Positions 59,764 through 64,000 of a stretch of 64,000 nucleotides of DNA are shown here, in pieces. The notes under the pieces were generated by a model. It had not been told where the DNA came from, did no database searches, and saw nothing but the letters and a program-made list of their open reading frames with translations. The position numbers and the translations under genes were made by a program. The DNA comes from the human T2T-CHM13v2.0 reference genome, Homo sapiens. Each line of letters starts with the position of its first letter. Positions within the stretch are counted from its first letter, which is position 1. The DNA lies in assembly GCF_009914755.1 (NCBI RefSeq), contig NC_060931.1, one strand, 5' to 3'.

Positions 59764-61597
59764 CGCACAGAATCATAAAGTTGCCCATGCACAGCATCAC
59801 TCCTTCAGGAAATGAAAGTGGTGCATATGTGACTGGGCCTAAGCAAACCTTAAAGTCACAAGTAAATGACATGACAAAGTGGCCCCAATGCCCATGGTCC
59901 CGACAGCCTTTGCTCTCCCATCCTGCAGCTATGGCCTCATGGGGAGCTCCCTATGATTAGCTGACAGAGGAAGAGATGACTCAGGCCTGGTTTACAGATG
60001 GTTTTGCTCCAGTGCCAACAAAAAGTGGGCAGCTGCAGCATTACAGCCCCTCTATGACACATCCCTGAAGGACAATGGTAAAGGAAAATCCCCCCAGTGG
60101 GAAGAACTTTGGGCAGTGTGCCTGGGTGTGGACTTTGCTTGGAAGGAGAAATGGCTAGATGTGCAATTATATGCTGATTTATGGGATATGGTCAATGGTT
60201 TGGCTGGATGGTGTCAGGAATTTGGAAGGTGAATGACTGGAAAATTAGTGACAAGGAGGTCTAGAGAATATGTATGTGGATGGACCTCTCTGCATGGGAA
60301 AAAACCCATAAAGATACATGTGTTTCATATGATGTTCAATGGAGGATGGCCTCAGCAAAGGAAGATTTGAATAATCCAGAGGATAGGTGAGCCATTCTGT
60401 CGAAACCAGTCAGCCTCTTTCCCCAGCCACCCCTGTCATCTCCCAATGGGCTCATGAACAAAGTGGTGGCAGGGATGGCTGTTATGCATGGGCTCAGAAA
60501 ATGAAATGGAATTCCGCTCACCAAGACTGATCTGGCTATGACCACCACTAACTGCCCAATCTGCCAGCACCAGAGACCAAAGAGAGCCACTGTATAGTAC
60601 TATTCCCTGGGGTGATCAACCAGCTTCCTGGTGGCAGGTGATTAGATTGGACCTCTTCCATCATGGAATAGGCAACATTTTTTTTGTACTGGAATAAACA
60701 CTTACTCTGGATTTGTTTTGCTTTCCCTGCATGCAATGCATCTGCCAGAACTATCATCTGCGGACTTACAGAATGCCTTTTCTACTGTGATGGTATTCCA
60801 CAGAACATTGCTTCTGATAAAGAAACTCACTTCACAGCTAAAGAAGTGCAGCAATGGGCCCATGCCCATGGAGTTCGCTGGTCTTACCATGCTCCGCATC
60901 ATCCTGAAACAGCTGGCTGTTAAAATTGTGAAATGGCCTTTTGAGAATACAATTACAGGGCCAGCTGGATGACAATATCTTGCAGAACTAGAACAAGGCT
61001 TTCCAAGAGGGCTGAGTAAGGGTCCAACATATGATGCCATTTCTTTCATAGGCATGATTAATAAGCCCAGGAACCAAGAGGTGAAAATAGAAGTCTCACT
61101 TTTACTCCTAGTGATTCCCCAGAAAAAAATTTTCTTATTGTCTCTTCATCCTTATGCTCTGCTGGCCTAGAGGTCTTAGTTGCAAAAGGAGGAAGAATTC
61201 CATTAAGAAAAACAATAATTTCATTGAATTGGAAGTTAAGATTACCACCCAGCCATTTGGAACTCCTTTTGCCTCTAATTAATAGGCCAAGAAGGGAGTT
61301 CCTGTGTTGGCTGGGATAATTGATCCTGACTTCCAATGGGAAATTGCACTTCCTTACCACAATGGAGGTAAGAAAGAGTATGTCTTGAATTTAGGAGATC
61401 CTCTTAGTACTACCATGCCCTGTGATTAAGGCCAATGGAAAACTACTGCAACCCAATCTAGGCAGGACTATTAATGACCCAGACTCCTCAGGAATAAAGT
61501 ATTTGTTGTCTTTATTTGGATATTAATTATGGATTAAGAGGAAAAAAAAGTATGGTTTAAGGAGGTGTGTATGTATGCCAAGTTGACTAGGAGTGAA
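59764..61597 (+). mobile_element. ERV-L internal remnant: RNase H, integrase, dUTPase and PPT (a short piece also lies at about 59375-59406)
   Basis: WFTDG; CPIC zinc finger; IASDKETHF...WSYHAPHHPE integrase core; GIIDPD dUTPase motif; gccaagttgactaggagtg before the LTR. Confidence 0.85.
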
Positions 61598-62014
61598 TGA
61601 CAATGCTTTATTTTAATGTGTCAACTTGGTTAGGCCATAGTGCCCAGTTGCTTTGACAAACACTGCTTTAGATATTACTGTGAAGGTGTTTTTCAGATGT
61701 GGTTAACATTTGCAATGAGCAGACTTTAAGTAAAGCAGATAACCTTTCATAATGTGGATAGGCCTCATCCACTCAGGTGAAAGCCTTAGGAGCAGACAAG
61801 TTTCCTGAAGAAGAAAAGATACTGCCTCAAGACTGTAATATATAAATCTTGCCTTAGTTTCTAGCCTGCTCTCCTGCCCTGCAAATTTCAGACTTGCCAG
61901 CATCCAGAAACATGGTGAGCCAACTTCTTAAAATAAGCCATTTTCTTCTCTCCCTCCTGTTTTCTCTTTTTCTCTTATATTGGTTCTGTTTCTCTAAAGA
62001 ACTCTGGCTAATAT
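61598..62014 (+). mobile_element. MLT2 (MLT2D-like) 3' LTR of the ERV-L
   Basis: gtgtcaacttggttaggccatagtgcccag; cagactttaagtaaagcagat; ggttctgtttctctaaagaactctggctaatata. Confidence 0.85.
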
Positions 62015-62074
62015 ATTAAGGAAAGAATCACTAAACTTGAATGATGTCAATAGAAGCTTCCCAAATAGTAATAC

Positions 62075-62222
62075 AAAAGGAGAAGAAAGAAGAAGAGGAA
62101 AGAAGAATAAGGAAGAAGAAGAAGAAAGAAGGAGGAGAAACAAGAAGGAGGAGGAGGAGAAGGAGGAGGAATAGGAACAGAAGAAGAGGAAGAAGAAGAA
62201 GGAGGAGGAGGAGAAAAAGAAA
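62075..62222 (+). repeat. Purine-rich (GAA/GGA)n low-complexity tract
   Basis: gaagaagaagaa...ggaggaggagga. Confidence 0.9.
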
Positions 62223-62668
62223 TAGTCATGTAACAATGTAAGAACCATGGGACAATATCAAAGGTGTAACATATGCATAAATGGGATACCAGAAGGAGAA
62301 GACAGAAAGAGAAGAAGGCAGAAAATATATTTGAAGTAATAATAGCTGAAAACTTTACAATGTTAGTGACAGACACAAAAATCACAGATCCAGGAATTTC
62401 TGAGAATATCAGGCAGAATAGAAGGGGAAAAATCCACTTTAACTACAGATGAACAAGTATTAGAATTAGCACATAAGTTCTGTCAGAAAACATGAAAGCA
62501 ACAAGAATGATACATTTAAAGGATTGAAGGAAACAAAACCACAAACCTAGAATTATATATCCAGATAAATTATTTTCAAAAATGAATGAGAAATATAAAG
62601 GGTTTCTAAGAAAAAGAAAAAACAAAGGACTCATCACAACCAGATATGTCATGTAAGAAATGTTGAGA

Positions 62669-63019
<351 letters not shown>

Positions 63020-64000
63020 TTAGGTCAAAAACTTGAAACTACATAGAGACAGGAGGTGCACTGGACAAGGAATACATAAAGGTAAAAAATTATTTTTCTT
63101 ACTCTTAATTGATCTAAAAACCAATTTTTAATCCCAAATTATAGTAATGATGTATTGGATGACTAAGCGAGATAAATGATAGCAATGGCAAAGGGAAAGG
63201 AGAAAAATTGCTCAGCGGCTGCACTACACATGAAGCAGTGGAATATTATTTGAAGGTAGACTAAGACTAGTTAAAAACATATAGTGTAATATCTAAGAAA
63301 ACTATTAAACATTTTTTAAAGTATAAATTATATGCTAAGAAGGGATATTAAATCCAATAATATAAAATACTCAAAACCACAGAAGGAAGCAAAATAAGAA
63401 AAAGAAGCAAATAAAATGAATGAAAAACAGTTAAAAAGATAGTAGATATCAATCTAACTGTCAATAATCACTTTAAACTTGAATGGTCTGAGTACACCAA
63501 TTAAAAAACAGATTTTCAGAGTGAGTAAAAACAAAGTGAAAACCAACTGTTTTCTGTCTGTAAGAAACACTTTAAATATAAAGATTCAGGTAATTAAATT
63601 AAAGGAAAAGAATGGAGAAATGTCATAACACTGTAATTTATCAAAAGAAAGCTGGAGGAAGTATATTAATTTCACACAGAGTAGACCAGATATTATCAAG
63701 GATAAAGAGTTATATTCATTATATAATAAAAGGGGTTGATTTTCTGATAACCCACAAAAATGCTACATGTGTATGCACCTAATAATGAATCAAATATGTC
63801 AAAATACGTATGGCAAAAACTAACAGAACTGAAAACAGAAATGCACAAATCCAAGATTAGAGTTGGAGGCTTCAGCATCCTTCCATTAGTAATTTATAGA
63901 TCAAAACAGGTAGAAAATCAGTATAGATACAGATCACCTTCAGAGTGCAATCAATTCACTTGATCTAATTGAAATTTATAGAAGTCTCCATCCAACAACA

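Noticed and set aside
60684-60923. Functional or domesticated integrase gene
   Set aside because: Short fragment of a heavily frameshifted ERV-L pol.
61994-62385. R/E/K-rich and S/F-rich ORFs
   Set aside because: Translation of the (GAA/GGA)n tract within an old L1.

Overview
Primate (most likely human) non-coding genomic DNA, densely packed with nested interspersed repeats. It contains about 12 Alu/FLAM/FRAM copies and many L1 fragments of different ages. One L1 is a full-length ~6.2 kb L1PA4/5-like element (minus strand, 53138-59341) with clear target-site duplications. Also present are L2/MIR relics, MaLR/ERV1/ERVL LTRs, an ERV-L pol/dUTPase remnant with its MLT2 LTR, and several hAT and Tigger DNA-transposon fossils. 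I found no credible host protein-coding gene, RNA gene, CpG island or CRISPR array. The ORFs in the track are repeat-derived or chance frames. The most notable details are an extended open L1 ORF0 (153 aa) reading out of the element, a 73-bp frameshifting duplication in L1 ORF2, a retained ZNF93-type 5'UTR segment, several template-switch-like micro-rearrangements and multi-layer transposon nesting. I see no well-supported new biological system. Subfamily names come from recalled consensus sequences and need RepeatMasker/Dfam confirmation.
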